A DNA stretch of 63,977 nucleotides, filler included, from a bacterium (GTDB lineage Bacteria > JBBIVP01), in NCBI GenBank assembly GCA_037439705.1. It is 7 parts of 7 records of this genome, joined end to end, with 100 filler letters (N's around TTAATTAATTAA, not from the genome) between each part and the next. Parts side by side here need not be neighbours in the genome. Positions count along the whole stretch, not along the records: positions 10,370 to 20,619 come from JBBIVP010000063.1; positions 20,720 to 30,929 come from JBBIVP010000064.1; 5 more parts are not named here. One strand, 5' to 3'. The position numbers and the translations under genes are program-made. Every line of letters begins with the position of its first letter. Within the stretch, counting starts at the first letter, position 1. The notes under the pieces were generated by a model. That model made no database searches. It worked only from the letters and a program-made list of their open reading frames with translations, and had not been told where the DNA came from. This document shows, in pieces, positions 18,821 through 30,298 of the stretch.

Positions 18821-19668
18821 TTTCTCACCTCCAGTTTCATATTATCTATAAGCCTTGCCCTGCCGACAAAAACAGCAAGGGCAATAACTGCCTCATTCTC
18901 AATCATTTTTATTGGTTCAAGGGTTAAGGGATGGGCTATCTCCACATAATCTATTTTTGTATGGGGTTCTTTTTCAATTATTTCTTTTGCTTTTTTGATG
19001 AGAACCTCACAATTCCTTTCACCCTGGTGAACCATCCTCTTCACTTCATAAAGGGCTTTTGAAAGGGAAAGAGCAGATTTTCTCTCCTCTTCTGTAAGAT
19101 AAGTGTTCCTTGAACTCATTGCCAGCCCATCCTTTTCCCTTACTGTTGGTCCCGGAATAATTTTTATATCCATATTCAAATCTTTTGTGAGCCTTTCTAT
19201 TATTTTCAATTGCTGATAATCCTTCTCGCCGAAAACCGCATAATGCGGTTTGACTATGTTGAAGAGTTTTGTTACAACTGTGCACACTCCTCTGAAATGT
19301 CCCGGTCTTGACCTTCCGCAGAGATATTTTGACAGTTCTGTAACTTCCACATAGGTCTGATAGTTTTCAGGATACATTTCTTCAACAGACGGTATAAACA
19401 CGAAATCAACCTTTTCTTTTCTTAAAACTGAAAGGTCTCTCTTTTCATCCCTTGGATATGATCTGTAGTCTTCAGATGGTCCAAACTGCGTTGGGTTTAC
19501 AAAAATGCTTACAATAACAATGTCTCCGAATCTCTTCGCAATTCGTACAAGGGAAAGATGACCCTCATGAAGGTATCCCATTGTGGGAACAAAGGCTATT
19601 TCCTTTTCCTTTTTTCTCAGTTCCTCAGAGATTTTCTGCATGGTTTTTATTTTTCTTATGACCTTCAT
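18817..19668 (-). CDS. panC: Pantoate--beta-alanine ligase
   Basis: [22 protein letters not shown] and RLIDN motifs. Confidence 0.97.
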   Translation of the reverse strand: MKVIRKIKTMQKISEELRKKEKEIAFVPTMGYLHEGHLSLVRIAKRFGDIVIVSIFVNPTQFGPSEDYRSYPRDEKRDLSVLRKEKVDFVFIPSVEEMYPENYQTYVEVTELSKYLCGRSRPGHFRGVCTVVTKLFNIVKPHYAVFGEKDYQQLKIIERLTKDLNMDIKIIPGPTVREKDGLAMSSRNTYLTEEERKSALSLSKALYEVKRMVHQGERNCEVLIKKAKEIIEKEPHTKIDYVEIAHPLTLEPIKMIENEAVIALAVFVGRARLIDNMKLEVRK

Positions 19669-20471
19669 CTGTACGAATGCTCCTCTCCGGGAAATTTTCT
19701 TTCTCTCACTTCATCAGCATATTTTTTTATTGCTGAAAGAGTTTTTTCGTAAAGGTTTTCGTACGCTTTTACAAATGTGGGACGCATACCGGGAAATAGT
19801 CCGAGGACATCGTGAATGACAAGTATCTGCCCATCGCATCCAATTCCTGCTCCTATTCCAATTGTGGGAATAGAAAGAGAAGATGTAATTTCAGAAGCAA
19901 GTTCAGCAGGAATACCTTCAAGGACAATGGAGAAAGCCCCTGCTTTTTCAAGCGCCTTGGCATCCCTTTTTAATTTTTCCCTTTTCTCTTCTTCCCTCCC
20001 CTGAACCTTATATCCTCCAAAACTGTGTATCCATTGAGGAGTGAGCCCTATGTGACCCATAACCGGAATTCCGAGTACAGTCAATCTGTGAACGAGTTCC
20101 TCAATCTCCTCTCCCCCTTCTATTTTTACTCCTTCAGCACCGTTTTTCATGGCAAGAACTGCATTCTTAATTCCTTCCTCAATTGAGGATTGATAGCTTC
20201 CGAATGGCATATCAAAAATAAGGAGGGCATTTTTTCTTCCCCTTGCCACAGCTCTCAGATGATAAAGCATTTCCTCCATAGTGACGGGAAGAGTATTTTC
20301 ATAACCGCTGAAAACCATTCCCGCTGAATCTCCAACAAGAATTATATCTACATCTGCTTCATCTGCTATTTTTGAAAATATATAATCGTAGGCTGTGATT
20401 GCTACTATAGGAATTCCTACCTTCCTCTTCTTTATTCCAGGAACTGTTCTCTTTTTTGTGTCCCGGTCCAT
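19665..20471 (-). CDS. panB: 3-methyl-2-oxobutanoate hydroxymethyltransferase
   Basis: [24 protein letters not shown] and GIGAG motifs. Confidence 0.97.
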   Translation of the reverse strand: MDRDTKKRTVPGIKKRKVGIPIVAITAYDYIFSKIADEADVDIILVGDSAGMVFSGYENTLPVTMEEMLYHLRAVARGRKNALLIFDMPFGSYQSSIEEGIKNAVLAMKNGAEGVKIEGGEEIEELVHRLTVLGIPVMGHIGLTPQWIHSFGGYKVQGREEEKREKLKRDAKALEKAGAFSIVLEGIPAELASEITSSLSIPTIGIGAGIGCDGQILVIHDVLGLFPGMRPTFVKAYENLYEKTLSAIKKYADEVRERKFPGEEHSYR

Positions 20472-20535
20472 CGGATCCAGGCACCTCTTTTTAATTTAAA
20501 TATAAAGTTGGGTTCCCTTTCGGGATACCCACTTT
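20458..20535 (-). ncRNA. pan RNA motif (two tandem hairpins, each with two bulged A) in the panBCD leader
   Basis: AAAG-UGGGU-A-UCCC-GAAA-GGGA-ACCCA-A-CUUU (20535..20504) and GUG-CCUGG-A-UCC-GAU-GGA-CCGGG-A-CAC (20484..20458). Confidence 0.8.
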
Positions 20536-20540
20536 TTAAC

Positions 20541-20569
20541 ATTATACTCCCCTCAAATTTTCAAGTCAA
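20541..20569 (-). promoter_or_regulatory. Sigma70 promoter of panBCD
   Basis: TTGACT-17 bp-TATAAT on the minus strand, just upstream of the first hairpin. Confidence 0.75.
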
Positions 20570-20574
20570 ATTTT

Positions 20575-20619
20575 TGTATAAGTTATATACTTATGCGACA
20601 TTTTATGAGTTTGAATGAG
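20575..20619 (-). mobile_element. IS481-like MITE right end, at contig end
   Basis: Exact reverse complement of 5975..6019. Confidence 0.7.
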
Positions 20620-20719
20620 NNNNNNNNNNNNNNNNNNNNNNNNNNNNNNNNNNNNNNNNNNNNTTAATTAATTAANNNNNNNNNNNNNNNNNNNNNNNNN
20701 NNNNNNNNNNNNNNNNNNN
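20620..20719. other. Artificial contig linker
   Basis: N44-TTAATTAATTAA-N44. Confidence 0.99.
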
Positions 20720-21092
<373 letters not shown>

Positions 21093-21137
21093 TTTGCCTT
21101 AACTTACAATGTATTCAGTTTTTTAGATTTTAAAAGC

Positions 21138-21255
21138 TTCCGGTGCCCATACCGGAGGGGAAACACCCGTTCCCATTCCGAACACGGTCGTTAAGCCCTC
21201 CAGGGCCGATGGTACTGCCTCCCCGTTGAGGCGGGAGAGTAGGACGGTGCCGGAA
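21138..21255 (+). rRNA. rrf: 5S rRNA
   Basis: CCCATTCCGAACAC, GCCGATGGTACT and GGGAGAGTAGG conserved blocks; terminal stem TTCCGG/CCGGAA. Confidence 0.96.
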
Positions 21256-21266
21256 GCTTTTTTATT

Positions 21267-24200
21267 TTATGCAAATTTTCGTCTCTTCACAATTTTGTAA
21301 AGGGAGGGGACAAAAATTAAAGTTATCATTGTTGAAGCGAAAAGTCCGCTTATGACAACTATTCCGAGCGGTCTCCATCCTTCAGCTCCTTCCTTTCTCA
21401 TGAGGACAAGAGGAACCATGCCTAACATGGTGGTAAAGGCAGTCATAAGAACAGGTCTCAATCTTCTTTTCGCTCCTGTCATTATGGCTTCTTCCAGTTT
21501 CAATCTTCTTTTCAAAAGTATGTTCATATAATCAACAAGAACTATGGAGTTTTTCACAACAATTCCTACAAGTACAACCGCTCCAACTATGGATACAATG
21601 TTCAGGGTATGCCTTGTTACAAGAAGGCCCAAAAGCACACCAGTTATTGCAAAGGGAACAGCAAACATTATGATGAAAGGGTCTATGAGGGATTCAAACT
21701 GTGAGGCAAGTATTGCATAGACAAGAAACACCGCAAGGAAAAACGCAAGTCCTAAAGCACTGAAAGCCTCCCTCTGTTCCTCAACCTGACCTGCAAATGT
21801 GACATCAACTCCCTCTGGAAGCTGAATTGAAGGAAGCCTCTTTTTTATGTCATTAACCACATCTCCGAGAGGTCTTTTGAAAAGGTCTGCTTCAACCCTT
21901 ATCATCCTTGACTGCGATTTCCTCAATATCTCAAGCGGACCTTTCCTTTCCTTGATATCTCCCACATTTAAAAGTCTTGTTGACCTTCCACCATAAGGTG
22001 AGATAAGAGGAAAATTTTTCAAATCGTCAAGCTCATTTCTGTATTCCTTTCCAAGTCTAACCACTATATCATAATCTTCTCCCTTTTCTCTGAACTTTGA
22101 AGCGGAAATTCCCTCAAATCCTGCTCTCAATTCAGTTGCGAGAAATCCGAATGGAAGTCCAAAGGTCATCGCACTTGACCTTGAAAGGGAGACCCATTTT
22201 TCAGGCTTTGCTTCCTCGTAGGTCTTACTGACAGCGTGTGTGCCGGGGACCTCTTTAACGATGTTATATATCTCATACGCTACATTTTTGAGTTCCTCAA
22301 GGTCTTCACCATAAATCTCTATGGCTACGGGTTTTATTCCACCAAGAACCGTTGAGGCCATGGGGTCCTGCATAGAAAACTCAATTTTTGTGGGTCCCGG
22401 GACATTTTCCTTTACCTTTCCTTCAAAAAAGTGCGCAATCTCTTTTGCGGTTCTCCTTCTCTTTTCCTTATCAATCAGCCTCACCATCATCATGCCCGTA
22501 TATGTATCTTCTCTTGTTCCCATGATTGTTCCCCATCCTGTTTCAGTGGGTCCAGCCCTCGTTATCATGCTTTTCAATTCAGGAATTCCCCTTCTTGCAA
22601 TTTCTTCTATTTGCCTGTTGACTCTATCAGTAAGTTCAACCCTTGTTCCCGCAGGAAGTTCAAGAGTTCCCCTGAACTGTCCCTGGTCTTCCTCCGGGAA
22701 AAATTCAGTTCCTATGAACCTGATACAAATAAGGCTCAGGATGAAAACCGCTATTCCAACAGAGATTACTGTTTTTGGTTTTCTTATGGCAAACGAAATG
22801 ATTTTTTCGTAGAAATTTTCAAGGTCATTATACCATTTCTCTGAAATGGAATAGGCTTTGTCAAAAATTGTAATTTTGCTTTTTATTTTCAGGAACCTTG
22901 AAGCGAGCATCGGGGTTAAGGTTAAAGAAACGAGAAGGGATGTAAGGATTGTTACGCATACAATCATTCCTAATTCTTTGAAAAGGATTCCTGTAATTCC
23001 CTTTATGAAAACTATTGGAAGAAAGACCATCACGATTGTGAATGTAGATGCCATAACAGCAAGTCCCACCTCAGATGCTCCTGTGACTGCGCTCTCTTCA
23101 GGTGAAAGACCCGAAGAATGATGGCGTGATATGTTTTCGTAGATAACTATGGCATCGTCAACTACCATCCCTATTGCTATGGCGAGTGAAAATAGTGAAA
23201 ACATGTTTATTGAGGAGTCGTTAAGGAAGAGAAAAATGAATGCAACTATAAGGGAGAATGGTATTGAAAGTCCAATTATAAAACTTCCCTTGATTTCCCT
23301 TAAGAAGAGAAAGACAACAAGAATTACAAGAAGACCTCCTATAAAAACAGCATCTCTGAGATTTTCTATCGCCAGCCTTATAAAGTCGGATGCGTCAACA
23401 GTTAATTCAAAATGGACATCAGCAGGTAATTTCTTCTCCAACCTTTCCATTTCCTTTTTGACCCTCTCCGCAACCTCAACTGTATTTGTTCCTGACTGTT
23501 TCTGAATGAACATTATAAGTCCCGGTTTTCCATTAACCCTCACAATGGTTTCTTTTTCTTTAAATGAATCTTCAACCCTCGCTATTTCTTTAAGCCTCAC
23601 GGGAACGGGATTCTGGAAGGTAAGTGCTGAAAGGGGCTCTTTAAATTTGAAGCCCACGATTACCTCTTCAAGTTCTTTTAGGCTCTTAAACTCGCCAGGG
23701 GTTCTTATTGTGTAATCCATCATTCCGAACTTTATATGTCCTGTTGGAATTGTAAGGTTTTCAGCCTTTATTGCATTTATCACCTGGTTCATTGATATTC
23801 CTAAAGATTCCATTTTTTCTTTGTCCACATTTACATGGATTTCCCTCTCAGGACCACCTATAAGCATAACAAGAGCCACTCCCGGAAGTCTCTTTAAGGG
23901 NNNNNNNNNNATAACCCTGTCTTCAAGGAGTTTTCACAATTTCGGATATGTTTCTTCTGCTCAAACACCATAAAACAGGATGGGCCACATGTCCATATCA
24001 AACTTGTAAATGGCCGGTGGTTCAATGCCCTCTGGAAGCCATCTCTTCGCCATATCAAGCCTTGAACGGACATCGTTCGCTGCCTCACCCATCTCCGTTC
24101 CCCAGTTAAACCTCAAACTCACAACAGAAATGTTTTCTACAGAACGGGATTCTATCTCCTTTAGATTTGGAACTGTTGCCACATAGTCTTCAATCACTTC

Positions 24201-24392
24201 CGTTACAAGTGTTTCAACATCCTCGGGAGAAGCTCCCGGATAGATGGTAACAATAGCCATCGCAGGAAGGGAAACTTTTGGCATCAGGTCTATGGGAAGG
24301 AATTTTAATGATAGAAGTCCGAGGGCGAGGATGCCAAGAAAGAGCATTGTTATTGAAACAGGCCTTCTTATGCTTATTTCAGGAAGTTTCAT
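21267..24392 (-). CDS. RND efflux permease (AcrB/AcrD/AcrF family), one gene spanning the 10-N gap with two TGA codons next to the gap
   Basis: ORFs 23961..24392 and 21267..23879 are in the same frame (1041 codons in total). GMVVDDAIV, GIVVKNSI and RLRPVLMT motifs. Confidence 0.9.
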
Positions 24393-25273
24393 AGGTTCTC
24401 CTCCATTTTTATGTTCAACTTCGCTCCCTCCCTCAGAATATCTTTTCCCATAACCACTACAAGGTCTTCTTCCTTAAGTCCATTTTTAATTTCGCTGTAT
24501 AATCCATCCGTTATTCCCCTCTCAATGAACATTCTTTTTGCAATTCCATTTTCAGAAACCCATACATATTCTTCCATTTTTTCGTTTTTCATTATAAGGT
24601 CTGCTGGAACGGAAAGAACTCGTTTTTTTTCTTCTATTATGAGAATTAATTCACCATACATTCCCGGTTTCAGAAGATAAGATGGATTATCAAAAAGCGC
24701 CTCAATCTGGGCAGAACGGGTTGAAGGATTCACAATTGCATTCATTTTCCATACCTTTCCTTCAAATTTCTCATCCAGAGCCAGAACTTTAAGAACTGCC
24801 CTTGTTCCGATTTTTACAGAAGGAAGGATTCTTTCCGGCACCTCACAAACAGTCCTTATTTTTTCTATGGAAACAACCTTTGCAATTGGTGTTCCCATTG
24901 ACCTTGACATTGTGGGAGGACTTACCTGTTCTCCTTCTTCAACATATATTGCCCCTATTATTCCAGAAATGGGAGATTCAACATTAAATGGTCTGTATTC
25001 AACGCCTGTTATGTCCTGGTCAATTATGGCAATCACCTCTCCTTTTGCAACCCTGTTCCATTCTCTCGCCTTTATTTTTATCACCTTTCCTGAAACCTTT
25101 GGAAAAACATCTGCTTCAGTCCATCCCTTTAGCGTGCAGAATACCATTTCTTTAACCTGTAAATCCCTTTTTAATGGTCTGGTCACAGTTACAGGAATGG
25201 TATCAATTTTTATAGACTTTTCAGCCTTTCCACACGAAAGGATAACCACCAGAAGAAATACTACTCTTTTCAT
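24389..25273 (-). CDS. RND periplasmic adaptor (membrane fusion protein), lipoprotein
   Basis: LSC lipobox, SPISG, LKPGMYG; lies between TolC and the permease. Confidence 0.9.
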   Translation of the reverse strand: MKRVVFLLVVILSCGKAEKSIKIDTIPVTVTRPLKRDLQVKEMVFCTLKGWTEADVFPKVSGKVIKIKAREWNRVAKGEVIAIIDQDITGVEYRPFNVESPISGIIGAIYVEEGEQVSPPTMSRSMGTPIAKVVSIEKIRTVCEVPERILPSVKIGTRAVLKVLALDEKFEGKVWKMNAIVNPSTRSAQIEALFDNPSYLLKPGMYGELILIIEEKKRVLSVPADLIMKNEKMEEYVWVSENGIAKRMFIERGITDGLYSEIKNGLKEEDLVVVMGKDILREGAKLNIKMEENL

Positions 25274-26583
25274 AGTCTACCTCCTTTCAAAAGATTTTCT
25301 GTTATGCCAAGATCCCTGTATAAAGATGTCTTGGCTACTATGTAATCGTAAAGAGATTTTATGTAATTCATCCTTGCGCTTTTAAACGCTAACTGGGCAT
25401 CCATAACTTCAACATTTGTCATCAGACCCGCTCTATACCTTTCCTCAGCGATTTCAACCCCTCTCTTTGCAGCATTTAGGGTTTCCTTTCCGGCATTAAC
25501 CTTTTCAATTGCAGAAATGGTATCCATGTATGCCTTTTTCACTTCAAGTTTCACAAGCTCTTCAACCTCTTTTCTGGTGAAATAGAGGCTTTCCTTCTGT
25601 GCCTTCATAGCCTTCCAGTTGTGATAGGTAAGACCTCCATCAAATATGCTCCATTGAAAACCAACAAGAAGCGAACCGCTTCTTACCCATTTTCCTCTTA
25701 GGTCGTTCGTTTCAACCTGATAACTTCCTGTAAGTGCAAAGGCAGGAAGAAATCCTCCCCTCTGGGAGTTCGCTGCATTTTCCAGTGCCATCTCATAATG
25801 TTTTAAAGCAAGAAGTTCGGGTCTTTTTTCGGTAGCGTTTTTAATAAACCAGTTTAAATCCTCATCAGGAGGACTTACCTTTAGCTCCTCAAGACCTCCC
25901 TTCGGGATTAAATTAGCATCAGGACCTGCTCCTATTACCTTTCTGAAATAAAGAAGGGAAACCTGATAGGCATTTTCAGCCTCAATTGCCTGCGTCTTTG
26001 TATTTGCCACCTCAACCCTTGCCCTTAAAACCTCAAAATCAATTGCCTCACCCGCTTTGAATTTTGCTTCAACAACCTTCAGATGTTCTTCAGCAGTTTT
26101 AAGTGCTTCCTTTGTTAAAGACAGGAGTTCTTTTGAAACAAGGACCCCATAATATGCCTTTATGGTTTCTTTTATTATGTCTTCCTTCTTACCCTTGAAT
26201 TCTTCTTTTTTTCCAAGAAGGCTCTCATCCTGAGCCATAAATCCATAAAAAATTCTTCCCCAGGTAAAGAGAGGCTGTGTCCCTTGAACCTGAACCGTAT
26301 AATCGTATGTAAAATCAATTTCCATTTTTCCCATTACGGGAAGTTCAATAGCCCTTAACTCTTCTCTCAATATCTTTGAGCCACCCACATTTACCTTTGG
26401 AAGAAATCCTGAAAAGGCACTCCACTTCTTCATGGTTTCACTCTCAACCTCTTTTTCTGCTCCTTTAAGTGAAAAATTGTTTTCAATTGCCATTGAGATG
26501 CTTTCCTCAAGGCTTATTTCCTTTACCTCTTCAGCGGAGAGGACAAAAGGGAAAAGAAGTGCCAGAGCAAAAATTTTCTTCAT
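25270..26583 (-). CDS. TolC family outer-membrane efflux protein
   Basis: Signal peptide, SLEESISMAIENN, two OEP repeats. Confidence 0.92.
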   Translation of the reverse strand: MKKIFALALLFPFVLSAEEVKEISLEESISMAIENNFSLKGAEKEVESETMKKWSAFSGFLPKVNVGGSKILREELRAIELPVMGKMEIDFTYDYTVQVQGTQPLFTWGRIFYGFMAQDESLLGKKEEFKGKKEDIIKETIKAYYGVLVSKELLSLTKEALKTAEEHLKVVEAKFKAGEAIDFEVLRARVEVANTKTQAIEAENAYQVSLLYFRKVIGAGPDANLIPKGGLEELKVSPPDEDLNWFIKNATEKRPELLALKHYEMALENAANSQRGGFLPAFALTGSYQVETNDLRGKWVRSGSLLVGFQWSIFDGGLTYHNWKAMKAQKESLYFTRKEVEELVKLEVKKAYMDTISAIEKVNAGKETLNAAKRGVEIAEERYRAGLMTNVEVMDAQLAFKSARMNYIKSLYDYIVAKTSLYRDLGITENLLKGGRL

Positions 26584-26592
26584 TTTTCCTCC

Positions 26593-27195
26593 TTATTTTA
26601 TTCCTTTTTTTATAATCCTCATAATTACCCCTGTGAGTTTTTCAGGATTGATTTCCCTGTTAGTTCTTATGTGAAACACAATCAATTGGTGAATCATTCC
26701 GAGATAGATAAGTGAAAAGAGAAGAACCTCCTCATCACCCTTTGCCCCAACAAATTTTTTAACAATGGACTTCACCACATCAAGGTGCTTCATAAAAATT
26801 AAAAATACCCTTTCCTTCCATTTTTCCTTTCTTTCCCTTTTAAATCCTATGGCTTCGTTCATAAAAAGGCGAAAGAACTCACCGTATTCAATTCCTGCTC
26901 TGAAATAGGAGAGTGTCATCTCCCTCAGACTCTCAAATGGGTTTTCAAATTTTAAAGCCGTTTCCTCAACCATTGTGAAGACCTCCTGAACCTTCGCCTC
27001 AAAAAGGGAAATATAAAGCTCCTCCTTGTTCTGAAATATGTTGTAAAGGCTTCCTACACTAATTCCGCAGAATTTTGCGATATCTGACATCTTTGTGGCA
27101 TGAAATCCTTTTTCTGAAAATACATTCAGTGCCACCTTCAGTATCTCATTTCTTCTGAACTCCTCTTCTTTCTCTTTTATTGAACGAATATTCAT
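26593..27195 (-). CDS. TetR/AcrR family transcriptional regulator
   Basis: FSEKGFHATKMSDIA...GSLYNIFQNKEEL HTH. Confidence 0.93.
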   Translation of the reverse strand: MNIRSIKEKEEEFRRNEILKVALNVFSEKGFHATKMSDIAKFCGISVGSLYNIFQNKEELYISLFEAKVQEVFTMVEETALKFENPFESLREMTLSYFRAGIEYGEFFRLFMNEAIGFKRERKEKWKERVFLIFMKHLDVVKSIVKKFVGAKGDEEVLLFSLIYLGMIHQLIVFHIRTNREINPEKLTGVIMRIIKKGIK

Positions 27196-27234
27196 TTTTA
27201 TAAATAATTATTCAAAATTTAGAATCACTGTTCA
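27181..27234 (-). promoter_or_regulatory. Three TGAA-N6-TTCA-like operator sites at 20-bp period over the tetR promoter and start codon
   Basis: TGAACGAATATTCA (27181), TAAATAATTATTCA (27201), AGAATCACTGTTCA (27221). Confidence 0.6.
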
Positions 27235-27341
27235 AGGATTTCTCAAATCTTTGCCCCGGAATAATTTTTTTTTCCAGTTTAAGGAGGAGAGGGGGCTAAT
27301 TTAAGAAAATATAATAGAGGTTCTTTATACCTGATACTGTT

Positions 27342-29201
27342 TTAACCCTTGTCCAGTTTTTCTTCTTTCAGAATTTTTAAAAATTCTTCTATTTTTACTC
27401 CCCTCTTCTCACTTCCATCCCTGAACCTTATGGAAACGCTTTCAGAAGATTTTTCTGCCTCACCCACAATAACCATCACAGGGATTTTCAATATCTGGGA
27501 TTCTCTTATTTTGTATGAAATTTTTTCGTCCCTTAAATCTGCGGTAACCCTGTATCCGGCATTTACAAGAATTCCTTTTACCTTTTCCGCATAATCTCTT
27601 GACTTCTCAGAAATGCTCATAACCCTGACCTGCTCAGGAGCAAGCCAGAACGGAAATGCCCCTTTGTAGTGCTCAATCAAAACACCCAGAAACCTCTCAA
27701 GGGAGCCCATGATTGCCCTGTGAATCATTATAGGGGTATGGAAAAGGTTATCCTTTTCCCTGTATGTGAGTTCAAATCTTTGAGGAAGGTTAAAATCCAC
27801 CTGAATTGTTGAACACTGCCATTCCCTTCCAAGTATGTCTTTTATTTTTATGTCAATTTTTGGACCATAAAATACTCCTTCTCCCGGGTCAACAGTATAA
27901 TCAATACCCTTATTTATGAGCGCTTTTTTTAGTGCCTCCTCTGCAAGATTCCAGACCTCTTCAGAGCCAACATACTTTTCAGGACGGGTGGAAAGGTAAA
28001 CCCCGAATTCCTGAAACCCGAAAATTTTCAAAAACCTCATGGTCTGGTCAAGAATTCTCATTATCTCTTCCTCAAGTCCTTCATTGCTCACAAATATATG
28101 GGCATCGTCCTGCGTGAATCCCCGCACCCTCAGAAGTCCGTGAAGCACTCCCGACCTTTCAAACCTGTAAACCGTGCCAAGTTCTGCAAATTTTACTGGA
28201 AGGTCTCTGTAACTTCTTACCTTGCTTTTGTATATGAGAATGTGAAATGGGCAGTTCATAGGCTTCAACTGATAAAGAACCTCCTCAACCTCTATTGGAG
28301 AGAACATATTTTCCCTGTAAAAATCAAGGTGCCCGCTCTTTTTCCAGAGGTCAATTCTTGCTATGTGAGGTGTATAAACCAGTTCATATCCCTCTTTGAT
28401 GTGAAATTCCTTCCACAGGTCCTCAATTATCCTTCTTATAATTGCACCTGATGGATGCCAGAAAACGAGCCCTGCTCCTGCTTCATCATAAAAAGAGGCG
28501 AGTCCAAGTTCCTTCATCAACCTTCTGTGGTCTCTTTTCTTTGCTTCTTCAAGAAGTTCAAGAAAATTATTGAGACTTTCTTCATCAGGAAATGAGGTTC
28601 CGTATATTCTCTGAAGCATCTCTCTCTTTTCGTCTCCCCTCCAGTAAGCACCTGAAACGCTCAAAAGTTTGAATGCCTTTATGTAGCCTGTGGATGGAAG
28701 ATGTGGTCCCCTGCAGAGGTCAATGAAATCTCCCTGCTGGTAAATGGAGACTTCTTTATCTTCAATCTCCTCAAGAATTTCCACCTTATACTTTTCTCCC
28801 ATACTTTTAAAGAGTTCAATTGCTGCTTCCATTGTTAGAGTCCTTCTGTGAAATTTTAAGTCTTTCTCTATTATCTCTCGCATCCTTTCTTCTATTCTTT
28901 TAAGGTCATCCTCTGTGAAAGGTTCCTCACGGTAAAAATCGTAGTAAAAACCTTCGGATGTCGCAGGACCTATCGCATATTTAGCATCCGGAAAAATGGA
29001 TTTTACAGCCTGTGCCATAACATGGGATGTGCTGTGTCTCAATATCTCGATTCCGTTTTCAGAATCAATCAACACGGGTTTAACCTCTTCACCGTTCCAT
29101 TCTGCTGAAAGGTCTTTGAGACCGGAAGGCGTTTCTCCTGCTATTATCCTTTCCTTCAGTTTTGGAAATTTTTCATAAAGATGTTCACCAATCGTCTTCA
29201 T
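27342..29201 (-). CDS. thrS: Threonine--tRNA ligase
   Basis: RHSTSH, DLCRGPH, KPMNCP, RVRGFTQDDAH and GSLERF motifs. Confidence 0.98.
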   Translation of the reverse strand: MKTIGEHLYEKFPKLKERIIAGETPSGLKDLSAEWNGEEVKPVLIDSENGIEILRHSTSHVMAQAVKSIFPDAKYAIGPATSEGFYYDFYREEPFTEDDLKRIEERMREIIEKDLKFHRRTLTMEAAIELFKSMGEKYKVEILEEIEDKEVSIYQQGDFIDLCRGPHLPSTGYIKAFKLLSVSGAYWRGDEKREMLQRIYGTSFPDEESLNNFLELLEEAKKRDHRRLMKELGLASFYDEAGAGLVFWHPSGAIIRRIIEDLWKEFHIKEGYELVYTPHIARIDLWKKSGHLDFYRENMFSPIEVEEVLYQLKPMNCPFHILIYKSKVRSYRDLPVKFAELGTVYRFERSGVLHGLLRVRGFTQDDAHIFVSNEGLEEEIMRILDQTMRFLKIFGFQEFGVYLSTRPEKYVGSEEVWNLAEEALKKALINKGIDYTVDPGEGVFYGPKIDIKIKDILGREWQCSTIQVDFNLPQRFELTYREKDNLFHTPIMIHRAIMGSLERFLGVLIEHYKGAFPFWLAPEQVRVMSISEKSRDYAEKVKGILVNAGYRVTADLRDEKISYKIRESQILKIPVMVIVGEAEKSSESVSIRFRDGSEKRGVKIEEFLKILKEEKLDKG

Positions 29202-29319
29202 TTTTCAAAAATATATCACTGAATTTTTATTACTCAACTCCGCAGCCTCCATATGAATGCCCTCTACGAAAAAAGATACGCCCTAATAAAACTGGCACAA
29301 AATTATTGACGGGTGCCAA

Positions 29320-29775
29320 TTATTTCATCCTATTTTTAAGAAGCACAACTGAAGCAAATCTTCTCATCTTTTCCCTTAATCCTTCATCCTTAAAGGAATT
29401 TATTATTTTTTCTATCTCCTTTGGAAGTTTAATGCCTTCACTCTCCGTTTTTCTGACTTTTTTCTTCTTCTCCTTTCTTTTCTGACAGATTATTTTTATA
29501 TCTTCAATCAAAGGCTCTCCAAGTGCTTTATTCACCACATCTTTAATTTCATTTTTTATATAATACATCTCCGTCATCACCAGTTCATCATCTGCAATAA
29601 TTGTGAGGACGGAGTCTTTAATGCCAATTGGTTCGCTTTTGCTTCCCAGTTCCTTCCCAATTACCTCTTCCCAGGATATAAAGAGTTTGAAGAGTTTTTT
29701 GTAGGGAAGTAAATATGGCTCTTCAAATACCTCAAAAATATCCATTAAATAATGCTCCACTTTTATTTCACTCAT
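29320..29775 (-). CDS. DUF721/DciA-family protein
   Basis: WEEVIG...SEP...LTI...KNEIKDVVNKALGEPLIEDIKI pattern. Confidence 0.7.
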   Translation of the reverse strand: MSEIKVEHYLMDIFEVFEEPYLLPYKKLFKLFISWEEVIGKELGSKSEPIGIKDSVLTIIADDELVMTEMYYIKNEIKDVVNKALGEPLIEDIKIICQKRKEKKKKVRKTESEGIKLPKEIEKIINSFKDEGLREKMRRFASVVLLKNRMK

Positions 29776-29882
29776 TAAACAATTTTAAAACCTCAAAAAT
29801 TGAGGGTCAAGTTAATAGATATAAACCACCACTGGAACGTCGCATAATTGACTTTTCACTTTTGTTTGCTATTATAACAATT

Positions 29883-30284
29883 ATGGAGAGTATCCGAAAG
29901 TTTCAAGATGTGCTTAAAAAACTTTTTCAGGATGAAATCTCTGCACCGGATTTCGGAATTTATAGGGTTTTAAACTCTAAGCGCAATCAAATAGAAAAAT
30001 TTATCCAGGAAGACCCTGCAAAGAAAGTCATTAAAATAAAGGCAAGAAACACTGGGAAAAAATACCCGTTTATTCTTGGTGAGAAACAAGGAAGAAATGT
30101 TGCTGTTGATTGGAGAGAATATAATGATAACCGGACAGAGGAAGATTTTAAAAAGGAAAAAAAATTTATTAATAAGGAGATTGAACTATTATTAACACCG
30201 CAAATTGTTTATGTGAATGGTCAGAGTGTTTTAACACCAAAAAATTATGAAATCAGATACATTGAACAGGAGTTTAAAAGATAG
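29883..30284 (+). pseudogene. Internally deleted type III R-M Mod (DNA methyltransferase) gene
   Basis: Mod-like N-terminus (KFQDVLKKLFQ...DFGIYRVLN.KR..IEKFI) fused to a Mod-like C-terminus (VAVDWR...IVYVNG). No DPPY or FxGxG core. Confidence 0.65.
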
Positions 30285-30298
30285 AGAGAGGGTAGAAA

